A stretch of DNA of 64,000 bases from an uncultured Gammaproteobacteria bacterium (GTDB lineage Bacteria > Patescibacteriota > Patescibacteriia > 2-12-FULL-60-25), in NCBI GenBank assembly GCA_964604275.1, contig CAZRYH010000002.1:2413-66412 (forward strand). Reading direction: 5' to 3'. The notes below the pieces were generated by a model. The model was not told the DNA's origin. It saw nothing but the letters and a program-made list of their open reading frames with translations, and made no database searches. How positions within the stretch are numbered: the first letter of the stretch is position 1; the number at the start of each line of letters is the position of its first letter. Shown one piece after another: positions 46,911-56,685 of the stretch. Both the position numbers and the translations under genes were made by a program.

Positions 46911-47690
46911 ATGCGCAATCTTGTCATTGAAGCCCTTGGTCTCACGAAACATCCTGCTCTTCAAAATAGTCGTGTTCCAAAAGCAGCTTTTTTTGAGCAG
47001 GAAAGCTGTGACGCACAAGATCGAAGACTTCTGACGGCTGAGGTTGATGGTTTAACTTTACTTGCAGTCTTCAATGCTACAACGACCAACCTCGCCTCCT
47101 ACCAAGATGAAGATCACAATTACGAGGAGTTGTATCTGTTCTACGTTGAACTTCGGAGCGATACGCACGTACATCATATCGCCGAGTTGCTTCATGCGAT
47201 CATCCCCAATCCTTTACTGGTCGTGTTTGCTTATGAGGGGAAAATAGCCTTGTCTGCAGCCGAGAAACGACTGAACAAAAATGAACATGGCAAGACAATC
47301 GTCGAGGGTGTTATGACGAGCCCTTGGACGTCCTTAAAGCCAACCAATGACCAAGAACGTGCATTCCTCACTTCGATAGCCATAACAAACTGGTCTCACC
47401 ACGACATACTTTCATTTCTGCGTGATGCAGAACGCCTGATCTTAGCCTCCAATCTTGCGCTGATTGCCGGGCAGTTCACCTCTAGCCGCAAGTTGGATGT
47501 AATGGACGCAACCAGACTATTGCAAGAGCATGCTATGTGCACAGAAAGGATTAACGCTTTGGAAAGAGAAGAAAAAAACACCTCCCATTTTGGGGAACGA
47601 ATGCAAATCCACCTCACCGCGAATAACGAGCGTAAAAAACTAGAGTCGTGCAGACAAACCATTAAAACCCTCGTCCAATCCCTTACTTAA
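46911..47690 (+). CDS. DUF4391-like protein
   Basis: 259 aa, sits between a helicase and a methylase. IPNPLLVVFAYEGKIALSAAEKRLNK resembles the DUF4391 core. Called from memory, not from a search. Confidence 0.55.
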   Translation: MRNLVIEALGLTKHPALQNSRVPKAAFFEQESCDAQDRRLLTAEVDGLTLLAVFNATTTNLASYQDEDHNYEELYLFYVELRSDTHVHHIAELLHAIIPNPLLVVFAYEGKIALSAAEKRLNKNEHGKTIVEGVMTSPWTSLKPTNDQERAFLTSIAITNWSHHDILSFLRDAERLILASNLALIAGQFTSSRKLDVMDATRLLQEHAMCTERINALEREEKNTSHFGERMQIHLTANNERKKLESCRQTIKTLVQSLT

Positions 47691-47695
47691 AAACT

Positions 47696-49474
47696 ATGCA
47701 AAAACTCACTCTAAATACGCATGACCTTATTGCGGACAATATCGAACAACTGAAGTCATTGTTTCCAGAGGCATTCGTCGAGGGAAAAGTGGACTTTGAC
47801 ATGCTGCGGACACTGCTTGGAGATGCGGTGGAGAAGGACAAGGAACGATTTGGCTTGTCGTGGCCAGGAAAGCAAGATGCAATCAAGATGGCACTGGTGC
47901 AAAATAGCGGTACCCTGCGACCGAAGAAGGAGGAGAGCAAAGACTGGGACACAACAGGTAATCTTTTTATCGAAGGAGATAATCTTGAGGTCTTACGCGT
48001 ATTACTCGAGACGTATCGTGGAAAGGTGAAGATGATTTATATCGACCCGCCGTATAACACGGGCAATGATTTTGTGTATAAGGACGACTTTGCGGACAAT
48101 GTGGCAAGCTATAAAGAGAAAGCCGGTGAAAACATGAAATCCAATGCGGCGACTGCAGGACGCTATCACTCTAACTGGTTGTCCATGATGTATCCGAGGT
48201 TGAAGTTAGCGAAGGAGTTTTTGAAGGATGACGGTGCAATTTTTGTGAGTATTGATGACAATGAATGTAAAAATTTGCGAAGTATGATGGATGAAATTTT
48301 TGGTGAAGAGAACTGGGCAGCTACATTCGCATGGAGAAAGACGGATAACCAACCTAATATTGGAAACGTCGCCAGAGTAAAGGAATACATTGTTTGTTAT
48401 TCTCACTCAATTAAATGTTTGAGATTGAACAAGATGCGTCTCACGGATCGCGCGAAGAGAGAATATAGATATGAAGATACAAACGGAATATTTAGAAGGA
48501 CGATACTTTTAGATAAAACCAGGGGCAGGCATTACTACGACCTCAAAACACCAACCGGCAAAATATTAGGGGGTCCTTGGATGATAAGGCTTGAGGAGTT
48601 TCTAGAACTCGAAAAAGATAATCAAATATATTGGACAAGAGGTGGAGAAGAGCAACCTTACGGGAAATTGCACTTATCTAATAGTGAGGGTCAAATAACA
48701 AACGATTTTCTTGGTATTGAATACGGCACAAATCAACAAGGTAGTTTGGAATGTGAAGAGTTGTTCGGGAGCAGGGTATTTGATTTTCCCAAGCCGGTTT
48801 CATTAATCAAACATTTCGCAACAGTTGCTACGTCAGATAATGACATCATTCTAGACTTTTTTGCTGGATCTGGAACCACGGCACAAGCGACTTTGGAGCT
48901 AAATATCGAAGACAGCGCTAATCGTAAGTTTATTCTTATTCAACTACCAGAAATAACTCCAGAAGCAGGTGAAGCACGAAAGGCCGGATTTAAGACTATC
49001 GCTGATATTACAAAAGAACGCATCAGGCGTGCAGGCGAGAAGATTAAAAAGGAGAATACAGAGAAACCGCTTGATGTCGGCTTCAAAGTCTTCACCCTCG
49101 ATACCTCAAACCTCGCTCAATGGGACGAAAAAACACGCGACCTCCAAAATAGTCTTCTAAACTATACTCAAGGCATCAAGACGGATCGAGCACCGGAAGA
49201 CGTGTTGTATGAAGTCTTGCTCAAATACGGCATTGATCTGACGACACCTATTGCCACGGAATCAATCAACGGGAAACAAGTCTACAATGTCGGAGAAGGT
49301 TATCTGCTTGTTTGCTTGGAGAAAGATGTTGATCTGGCCACAATTGAGGCCATTGCCGCAAAGAAGCCATCCCGTGTCGTTTTTTTGGACAAAGGTTTTG
49401 CTGACGACGTCGTAAAACTGAATGCCGAGCAGACGCTTAAGAAAGCGGGGGTTGAGGACCTGCGTGTTTTGTAG
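47696..49474 (+). CDS. N6-adenine DNA methyltransferase (type III Mod-like, beta class)
   Basis: IYIDPPYNTGNDF (motif IV) comes before DFFAGSGTTAQA (motif I). Confidence 0.9.
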   Translation: MQKLTLNTHDLIADNIEQLKSLFPEAFVEGKVDFDMLRTLLGDAVEKDKERFGLSWPGKQDAIKMALVQNSGTLRPKKEESKDWDTTGNLFIEGDNLEVLRVLLETYRGKVKMIYIDPPYNTGNDFVYKDDFADNVASYKEKAGENMKSNAATAGRYHSNWLSMMYPRLKLAKEFLKDDGAIFVSIDDNECKNLRSMMDEIFGEENWAATFAWRKTDNQPNIGNVARVKEYIVCYSHSIKCLRLNKMRLTDRAKREYRYEDTNGIFRRTILLDKTRGRHYYDLKTPTGKILGGPWMIRLEEFLELEKDNQIYWTRGGEEQPYGKLHLSNSEGQITNDFLGIEYGTNQQGSLECEELFGSRVFDFPKPVSLIKHFATVATSDNDIILDFFAGSGTTAQATLELNIEDSANRKFILIQLPEITPEAGEARKAGFKTIADITKERIRRAGEKIKKENTEKPLDVGFKVFTLDTSNLAQWDEKTRDLQNSLLNYTQGIKTDRAPEDVLYEVLLKYGIDLTTPIATESINGKQVYNVGEGYLLVCLEKDVDLATIEAIAAKKPSRVVFLDKGFADDVVKLNAEQTLKKAGVEDLRVL

Positions 49475-49477
49475 CGT

Positions 49478-52471
49478 ATGTTGAAACTAAAATTTGACGC
49501 GCATCAAAAGTTCCAGCAGGACGCAGTCGAAGCGATTGCGGATATTTTTGACGGCCAATCGCTACGCCATTCCGCCTTCACAGCCACAAAAGGTCGTGGC
49601 CTCTTTGGAGTCATGACTGAGCTCGGCTACGGCAACAAGCTAGACCTCATTGAAGAAGATCTATTGAAGAACGTTATACGCATTCAGGATCGTAACAAAC
49701 TTAAACGCAGCATGCGTATCGTAGATGATCTCTATGGCGTTCCAAACTTCGCTGTGGAGATGGAGACAGGGACGGGCAAGACGTATGCCTACACGCGTAC
49801 GATATTTGAATTGAACCGACGTTATGGATTCTCCAAGTTCATCATCGTCGTTCCGAGCGTCGCCATTCGTGAAGGCGTAAAAAAGTCACTTGAGATTACA
49901 GAAACGCATTTTCGTGAACTTTTTCCAGACCAAGCCTATGACCACTTCGTCTATGACTCGACCAAGCTGAGTCGTGTGCGAGACTTCGCCACGAACAGCG
50001 CGATCCAAATCATGATTATCAACATCGACGCATTTCGCAAGGGATTCACCGGCGACGAGGGCGACACCAAGGCAAACGTAATCCACAAGGAGCAAGATGC
50101 TCTAAGCGGACGTAGGCCGATCGAGTTCATTCAAGCGACAAACCCAATCGTTATCATCGACGAGCCACAATCTGTCGACAACACAGACAAGGCAAAAGAG
50201 TCCATCAAGTCGCTCAATCCGCTTTGCATTTTGCGCTACTCTGCAACACATCGCGATGCGTATAATCTGATGTACAAACTCGGCCCAGTAGACGCCTGCG
50301 AACAAAAGCTCGTGAAGAGAATAGAAGTCCTTGCCATGGGGAGCGCTCCAGCCGGACCGGATATGCAGCTGGTGAGCGTCTCTGAAAAAGCTGGAAACTA
50401 CACCGCAAAGCTTGAGATTGGATGTGTAAATAAAGGCGACGGCGGTATTACTGCCAAGGCTATCACGGTCAATGCAGGAAAAAAGAGCGACCTTTTTCTT
50501 CTCTCAGGTGAAAACCCCGCCTTCAAGGGCTATCGTGTTTCAAGCGTATCTATTGCACCCGGGAATGAATACGTTGAAGTCAATGACACGATCGTCGTCA
50601 AACTCCAACAAGCGACAAATGACGACGAGCTTAAACGCGCGCAGATACGCTCGACTATCGAAGCTCATCTTGAAAAAGAAGTGCACTTGCTCGATAAAGG
50701 CATCAAGGTCCTATCGTTGTTTTTCATTGATCGCGTTGCAAACTATCGTAATCATGAAGCGGCTAATCTCAAAGGGAAGTATGCGCGTATATTTGAAGAA
50801 GAATATCTTAAAGTTGTAGCCATCCCCAAATATCAAACCCTTTTTACCACTGACTTTGTTCGTCAGTATGCTTTGACTCATGATGTCGAAAAAGCGCACG
50901 ATGGTTATTTCTCCAAGGACAAAAAAGGGAAGGTGAAAGATACTTCCGAAGGGAGAACGACTCAGGACGACCAGTCGATATACGACCTGATCATGAAAAA
51001 TAAAGAACTATTGCTAAGCTTTGACTCGCCTCTGCGTTTTATCTTCTCCCACTCTGCCCTGCGAGAGGGTTGGGATAATCCGAACGTATTTCAAATTTGT
51101 ACGCTTGTCGAAACGCAAGATGCCATGACGAAGCGACAAAAAATTGGTCGTGGATTACGTCTTCCGGTAAACCAACTGGGGGACAGGATCGTGGACGATC
51201 AAATCAATATCCTGACCGTTGTAGCCAATGAAAGCTATGAGCAGTTCGCGGAGACCTTGCAACACGAGATCGAGAGCGAAACGAACACCCGATTCGGCGT
51301 CATCACCGAGCGACTGTTCGAAGATATTCTGGTTGGTACCGAAGACACCGCGCATAGACTCGGCTATGACGCTTCAAAACGCATCCACGATCACCTACTC
51401 CAACAAGGACTTCTAGATCGTCATGATAAGGCGACAAAGGAGCTTAAGGATGCTATCGCAAGAAATGACCTCCCTGTGCCGCAAGAGTTCGTACCGCTGA
51501 AAATGGCCATTCTAGAAGAGATTGAGAAGACAACGAAACGTTTGCAGATTTTTAACGCTGGAGACAAAGAGCATGTATCTGTACACAAACAGGTTCTGCT
51601 CGATCCAAACTTCCGCGAGCTGTGGGATCGCATCAAGTGGAAGACGGTTTTTCGTTTGGATTTTGACGTGGACGGCCTAATCCAAGACTGCATCGACTCC
51701 TTAAAAGATCGCGGGAACATGCCGGAACTGACACCGAATCCCATTATCGCAAAGTGGGTCAACATCAATATCACCAATCAGGGCATTACAGCGTCCGAGC
51801 CGCATCGCATACGGACATTCGTACGCGATAACTACGAGAATCAAAACCTGCCAAATCTTCTTGAATACATTGAACGTTTCACGCGCATCAAAAAGGATAC
51901 GATTGCCAAGATTTTGGTCGGATCCGGACGTCTTGAGGAGTGTTATGTGAATCCACAGGTCTTTATGGAGACGGTCATTTCGATAATCAACAGAAACAAG
52001 ACCAAGCGCATCACAGACGGCATTCGTTACGAACGCATCGGAGATGAGTCTTTTTTTGCCCAAGAACTCTTTGAGGACGAAGAATTGCTTGGCTACCTAA
52101 AGATGAATGCCCTATCTGTCGACAAGAGCGTCTATTCTCACGTCTTGTACGACTCTGATATTGAAAGACAGTTCGCTCAACGCCTCAATGATGACGATGA
52201 TGTAAAGATGTTCATAAAGCTCCCAAGTTGGTTCAAAGTTGAAACACCACTTGGTACATACAATCCTGATTGGGCTGTCGTTCTAGAAAAGAATGGTATC
52301 GAAAAACTCTATTTTATCCTTGAAACAAAGGGTAGTATCATCGCAGAAGATCTTCGCTTCTTCGAACAAAAGAAGATCGAATGTGGCCGTAAACATTTTG
52401 CGGCTATCGGAGACGGCGTGACGTTTGATGTCGCCGAATCCTATACGCAGTGGCGAAGCAAATTGATGTAA
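49478..52471 (+). CDS. type III restriction enzyme Res-like helicase-nuclease
   Basis: METGTGKTY, IIDEPQS, helicase C-terminal motifs. C-terminal PD-(D/E)xK-like YNPDWAVV..YFILETKG. Confidence 0.85.
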   Translation: MLKLKFDAHQKFQQDAVEAIADIFDGQSLRHSAFTATKGRGLFGVMTELGYGNKLDLIEEDLLKNVIRIQDRNKLKRSMRIVDDLYGVPNFAVEMETGTGKTYAYTRTIFELNRRYGFSKFIIVVPSVAIREGVKKSLEITETHFRELFPDQAYDHFVYDSTKLSRVRDFATNSAIQIMIINIDAFRKGFTGDEGDTKANVIHKEQDALSGRRPIEFIQATNPIVIIDEPQSVDNTDKAKESIKSLNPLCILRYSATHRDAYNLMYKLGPVDACEQKLVKRIEVLAMGSAPAGPDMQLVSVSEKAGNYTAKLEIGCVNKGDGGITAKAITVNAGKKSDLFLLSGENPAFKGYRVSSVSIAPGNEYVEVNDTIVVKLQQATNDDELKRAQIRSTIEAHLEKEVHLLDKGIKVLSLFFIDRVANYRNHEAANLKGKYARIFEEEYLKVVAIPKYQTLFTTDFVRQYALTHDVEKAHDGYFSKDKKGKVKDTSEGRTTQDDQSIYDLIMKNKELLLSFDSPLRFIFSHSALREGWDNPNVFQICTLVETQDAMTKRQKIGRGLRLPVNQLGDRIVDDQINILTVVANESYEQFAETLQHEIESETNTRFGVITERLFEDILVGTEDTAHRLGYDASKRIHDHLLQQGLLDRHDKATKELKDAIARNDLPVPQEFVPLKMAILEEIEKTTKRLQIFNAGDKEHVSVHKQVLLDPNFRELWDRIKWKTVFRLDFDVDGLIQDCIDSLKDRGNMPELTPNPIIAKWVNINITNQGITASEPHRIRTFVRDNYENQNLPNLLEYIERFTRIKKDTIAKILVGSGRLEECYVNPQVFMETVISIINRNKTKRITDGIRYERIGDESFFAQELFEDEELLGYLKMNALSVDKSVYSHVLYDSDIERQFAQRLNDDDDVKMFIKLPSWFKVETPLGTYNPDWAVVLEKNGIEKLYFILETKGSIIAEDLRFFEQKKIECGRKHFAAIGDGVTFDVAESYTQWRSKLM

Positions 52472-53181
52472 GTCAAATAGGTCCTTCTATTCGCGGCAAG
52501 CACTCCTATCACTGACCGTCAGTTACAGAATAATCGTGTCCTTAGCGACTCCTTCAAACATGACCGTGTGGTCCCGAAGGACATTGAGGGGCTCTACATC
52601 TTCCACTCGTCCAATAGTTAGACATCCTGATAAAATTACAAATGGAAGGTGATTATAGAGTGAAAGGAAAGCTGTTCCTGGACGGACTACAGTGGCATTT
52701 CGAGAACCCCTGATTTGCTGGCCAAGCGATAATATTGAAAATATCGCATACATCTTGGAGCGCCATCCAGCATCGACGATGCGAATATTTGAACTCAAAG
52801 ATAAATTGAGCCACTAGCTACAATAGACTACCAAGACTTATCGAAAGCAGCACGTAAAGTCTTGGACGTACTGAACGCCAATATACCAGCACCTGTCGAA
52901 CCTACGTATTATTTCCGCAAAAGAGAGCAAGGACCTATTCTTGTTTTGCGTCTACTTATTGGCGACTGGCTCTACTGTTATCCATGGTCTTACGCTATCC
53001 ACCTAATGACGTTCGGGCTGACAGGATGGTTTCTAAGGGCAGTGGGGTTTTGGGTTTATTAACATCTTATACTTGATAGTTACGAGATATGCGTAGTTAA
53101 ATGGATAATCGTCTGTGTTCTAGCTCGTTCACTTACGGTGAGGAGGACCATAAATTCTAATAATACGATTACATCACTAAT

Positions 53182-53385
53182 ATGATAAAAGTTGACCAAG
53201 ACTCCATAGATCCGATTAACCGCGCGAGCAAAATAACCTGCAAATGTGAGCACTGCTCCTCAATAATAACAATCCATGTGACTAACGGATTCGACGTGGA
53301 CGACAAGGGTGAATGTATTGATGCAGGGGTAATCGAGGGCCTGATGAAGGACCTATCCTGCGAGGCCTGTGGGAGCAAATTCTAA
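53182..53385 (+). CDS. small Cys-containing protein (possible zinc ribbon)
   Basis: 67 aa with CKCEHC ... CEACG. The stop codon lies 7 nt before the next ATG. Confidence 0.4.
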   Translation: MIKVDQDSIDPINRASKITCKCEHCSSIITIHVTNGFDVDDKGECIDAGVIEGLMKDLSCEACGSKF

Positions 53386-53392
53386 CAAAAAT

Positions 53393-54301
53393 ATGCCTGA
53401 CAAAGCTTGTCCGTTATGTAAGAATGCCGCGATCATAGAGAATCAGTTTCCGAAGTCAACCATATTCGTGGAATGCGACCGATGTGGAAGATACGAAATA
53501 AGTACAATGTTGAATGCAAGCGAGGTACTTAATAAATACAGGACGGCGCTTTCTGGACTATGTCGTGAATTAACCGAGACGCATCAGGATCTTCCCGTCT
53601 TAACCACCTCTCTTGATGAGCTTGTTAAGAATTTTCCAGTACCGAATATGGATGATTTGGAGGCTAAGCTTGAAAAGCTACTGGCCGCCATCAAGCGTAA
53701 ATCAAAATACTTTGGATATCTTGTAGAGCTTGATTATGACAAGGATTATCCCTTAGCGTATGCCCAGAACGGCGACGAGCTCTTTGCTTTCATTAATCAG
53801 CTAAGAGCCATGGGGCTACTCGAGCTCAAGAGTGAAGATAGCCAAACGAAATTCGTATCCCTGTCAGGTGAGGGATGGAAGCAACTGTCTAGGCTAACAA
53901 AAACAATAAAACAGAAGCAGGGTTTCGTGGCCGCCTGGTTCGATCCAAGCACCGACGAAAGCATTTCAACCATAAAACAAGCAATTGAGTCCTGTGGCTT
54001 TGCTCCTATGTGCATAAAGACGGAGCACTTCAAAGAGACGATAATGGATAAGGCCTTAGGGGAACTACAAAACAGTAGGTTTGTCGTTGTGGACCTAACA
54101 GGCTCACGCCCTAGTGTATTTTTTGAGGCGGGTTACGCCCGAGCCCTCAACATCGAGACTATTTTTGTCTATAAGGAAGATGAAGCTGAAAAACAAAAAT
54201 TAGAATTTTACGTTAAGCATTACCAGTGCCACAAATACAATGATATGGACGAGTTAGGCGAGATTATTAAAAATGCGATCAGCTCAAGAATTAAAGATTA
54301 A
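53393..54301 (+). CDS. Zn-ribbon / winged-helix / NDT- or TIR-like Rossmann domain protein
   Basis: CPLCKN..CDRCGR. FINQLRAMGLLELK..SLSGEGW (wHTH-like). C-terminal GFVAAWFD..FVVVDLTGSRPSVFFEAGYARAL. Confidence 0.55.
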   Translation: MPDKACPLCKNAAIIENQFPKSTIFVECDRCGRYEISTMLNASEVLNKYRTALSGLCRELTETHQDLPVLTTSLDELVKNFPVPNMDDLEAKLEKLLAAIKRKSKYFGYLVELDYDKDYPLAYAQNGDELFAFINQLRAMGLLELKSEDSQTKFVSLSGEGWKQLSRLTKTIKQKQGFVAAWFDPSTDESISTIKQAIESCGFAPMCIKTEHFKETIMDKALGELQNSRFVVVDLTGSRPSVFFEAGYARALNIETIFVYKEDEAEKQKLEFYVKHYQCHKYNDMDELGEIIKNAISSRIKD

Positions 54302-54693
54302 GATTCTAGATACGCCGCTTTGCCCTTATAAAAAATAATCAGGTTGGCCAACGTGAATAACAGGCCGGTCATTTCGATTGCGGTTCTGTACCCGTAAAAG
54401 CCTGCCACGGAGATACTCAAAACAGACCTGAATACCCACATTCCGGAGACGAAGAACAGTAAGAATAGGCCCCACGATTTTCGTTTGATCAGACCCACAA
54501 TCATTATTGCCATTGTTAGACTTAGAATCCAGTAAGCGGGCGCGAAGATTCCCCTTATACCTGACACAACAGGGTCATTATAGTCAGACGATCCAATGCT
54601 CAACCCAAGGTTAGCTACAATCAGTGCTATTAGAAGTAATGAAGAAAAAAAATAAGTGAATATCTTACGCCACCAGTTGTAAAAATTTGTCAT
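54298..54693 (-). CDS. hypothetical 4-TM membrane protein
   Basis: 131 aa, four hydrophobic helices. Its 3' end overlaps the convergent gene by 4 nt. Confidence 0.5.
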   Translation of the reverse strand: MTNFYNWWRKIFTYFFSSLLLIALIVANLGLSIGSSDYNDPVVSGIRGIFAPAYWILSLTMAIMIVGLIKRKSWGLFLLFFVSGMWVFRSVLSISVAGFYGYRTAIEMTGLLFTLANLIIFYKGKAAYLES

Positions 54694-54709
54694 AGTTCAT
54701 TTGATCTAC

Positions 54710-54946
54710 TCACTTATAACCCGGCGAAAGTAGACGATAAAGAGAGTCAGTGATGCGCTCAAGGTCCCTTGCGGGAATAGAACGCCAGACTTCCTTGATC
54801 CAGCCAGTTGTTTGGTCGGTTAGGTCAACGCGGAAGTTGCCGTTTTTATACGGCGTAACTTTTAAGTCATAGCGAGTGTTGGGTACTCGTATATGCCAGA
54901 AGGGCGCGTCTTCACCCTTCCAGACGATGTCAGCGCAGGGGAGCAT
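54710..54946 (-). CDS. hypothetical small protein
   Basis: 78-aa ORF in the same operon-like string. No motif. Confidence 0.4.
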   Translation of the reverse strand: MLPCADIVWKGEDAPFWHIRVPNTRYDLKVTPYKNGNFRVDLTDQTTGWIKEVWRSIPARDLERITDSLYRLLSPGYK

Positions 54947-55040
54947 AGTTAGGTCTTAGCTTGAGGCACGCAAATGTGCCAAAAGAGCATTTCATTATTA
55001 TCATTATCCTGTATGTCCATAATCATTTTCTTGTTATGCG

Positions 55041-55667
55041 TCAAGAATTGCCGAGGTATGGGTTGGCTAAATTTGAAAATGACGACCAAGTACTAGAAAA
55101 TGATTTATAATCCGTTCCGCCCTTAATCATACCCGTTACCAGAAAACACGCCTTGTCATATTTGGCGCTACCTAAATAATTCTGGTCTTGAAAACCATCT
55201 GCATTGAAATTCGGCATCAGTCCAAGTGCTGCCCAATGAAAGAGAAAATTTTTGGTTAACAAGACCCATTTATAATTTTGATCAAGAAAAGCAAGACTTT
55301 GCTCATCCCCCTTGGCTGCACCATCTATCAATTCCCGAAAATCCTCGAAGGATGCAATGTCCTTTACCAATATTTCAGCTTCCCTTAAGCCTTGGATTCT
55401 TTGGTTAATCTTGCCCTGTAATTCACGGTATTCCTTCCATAGGAAATCTACATTTTTATTGATATCGGCATCGCCGTGAACATTTTCCTCAAAACAGGAA
55501 AGGAGTTTTGGGTAGAACGCTTCCATGCTTATTAGCTCATAAAAAATATTCATCACCAATTTACGTGGGTACTCTTCTTCCGAATAACGCTCTTTCCATT
55601 CTGTAATCTTAAAATCAGATCGGGTTAACGTATCTTTAACAATGTAATCCGCTATATTATTTTGCAT
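55041..55667 (-). CDS. hypothetical protein
   Basis: 208-aa ORF, no motif. Confidence 0.45.
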   Translation of the reverse strand: MQNNIADYIVKDTLTRSDFKITEWKERYSEEEYPRKLVMNIFYELISMEAFYPKLLSCFEENVHGDADINKNVDFLWKEYRELQGKINQRIQGLREAEILVKDIASFEDFRELIDGAAKGDEQSLAFLDQNYKWVLLTKNFLFHWAALGLMPNFNADGFQDQNYLGSAKYDKACFLVTGMIKGGTDYKSFSSTWSSFSNLANPYLGNS

Positions 55668-55689
55668 ATAGTATTCATTATCTACGCAG

Positions 55690-55959
55690 TCAGCTTATTG
55701 ATTGTTTTTCTGGATTAGCTAAAAAAGCAAAAAACACCAAAACTCCTGCGATAAAATACAGCGCCCATGCGGTCGGACCATCAGCATGAACGAACAATGA
55801 GAGGACCGGAACCGTAAAGCAGGCTAATGCTAATCTTAGCGACCTGTTTTTAATCAGCTTACGTAGCAATAAGTTGAGAATCCCCGCCACAAGAGCGGTG
55901 ATTAATCCGGCTCCAAGAAAAGACCCGACATACATTCCTATAACTTCATCTGAAGGCAT
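55690..55959 (-). CDS. hypothetical small membrane protein
   Basis: 89 aa, three hydrophobic helices. Confidence 0.45.
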   Translation of the reverse strand: MPSDEVIGMYVGSFLGAGLITALVAGILNLLLRKLIKNRSLRLALACFTVPVLSLFVHADGPTAWALYFIAGVLVFFAFLANPEKQSIS

Positions 55960-56212
55960 AAGTTTGATGAAAATAATATTTTATACAAAAAGGACACCCC
56001 ATCAGGTGTCTAGGCCCAAACAGCAGGAACGAGTCCTTACTGCTTGTTTTCAGGGGTGCCCGTTACGGCGCACTAAGGACCCCGAAAACAAAAGCTCACG
56101 CCTCTGTTTGATTCCAACTGTTCGAGCCTAGACGGAAACAATATAGCTTTTCCGGCCAAAATGGTCAAAATACCCCAATCCACGATGAACTGGGGTATCG
56201 ACAGCACTAGAG

Positions 56213-56668
56213 TCACTTCCAAAGCTCGAAATGGCGATACTCCACCGAAAGCATACCGGTACTTTCATCAAGCATCCCCTCAAGATCGCCTGGGTAGACA
56301 CCAGTCCAGCACGTACACTCGCCATCCCCATCAGGACAACTATCATCCTGGCATTTTCCGTATTCGTAGCACATCAGCTCATAGCCTTTTGGAATTCCGG
56401 TCTCGAGCAGTATCTGAGCCACTTCTCGTGAGACCGGTGTCCCACCATAGGATGGCGACTTTAGACTAATGAGATCAACTTTGAGCTTGTCCATCGCGTA
56501 TCTGATGCCATCGACAAAACCGAGCTCCCTTTCCCGTTCGCCATGAGCCAATCCATCCTCCTCCGCATCAGCTTCGAGGCTCTCGGCTAAATTTTCAGCT
56601 TCTTGCATATCTTGCATCAGACCCGCCACCACCTCGCGACCGAAGCGCGAATCAAAACGATCTTGCAT
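56213..56668 (-). CDS. hypothetical acidic protein with C-terminal Cys cluster
   Basis: 151 aa. CYEYGKCQDDSCPDGDGECTC. Confidence 0.45.
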   Translation of the reverse strand: MQDRFDSRFGREVVAGLMQDMQEAENLAESLEADAEEDGLAHGERERELGFVDGIRYAMDKLKVDLISLKSPSYGGTPVSREVAQILLETGIPKGYELMCYEYGKCQDDSCPDGDGECTCWTGVYPGDLEGMLDESTGMLSVEYRHFELWK

Positions 56669-56685
56669 ATAATGTAAGTTTAGGA

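Noticed and set aside
43640-52471. Possible assignment of the helicase/methylase operon to DISARM or BREX.
   Set aside because: No DUF1998 protein or DrmA-type helicase (DISARM) is visible, and no PglZ phosphatase, BrxC ATPase or Lon-like BrxL (BREX). The Mod and Res motifs fit a type III-like core instead.
52523-52798. 91-aa ORF with a TTG start on the minus strand, downstream of res.
   Set aside because: It has no ATG, no ribosome-binding site and no motif. It may be a gene remnant, so it is mentioned only in the junction finding.
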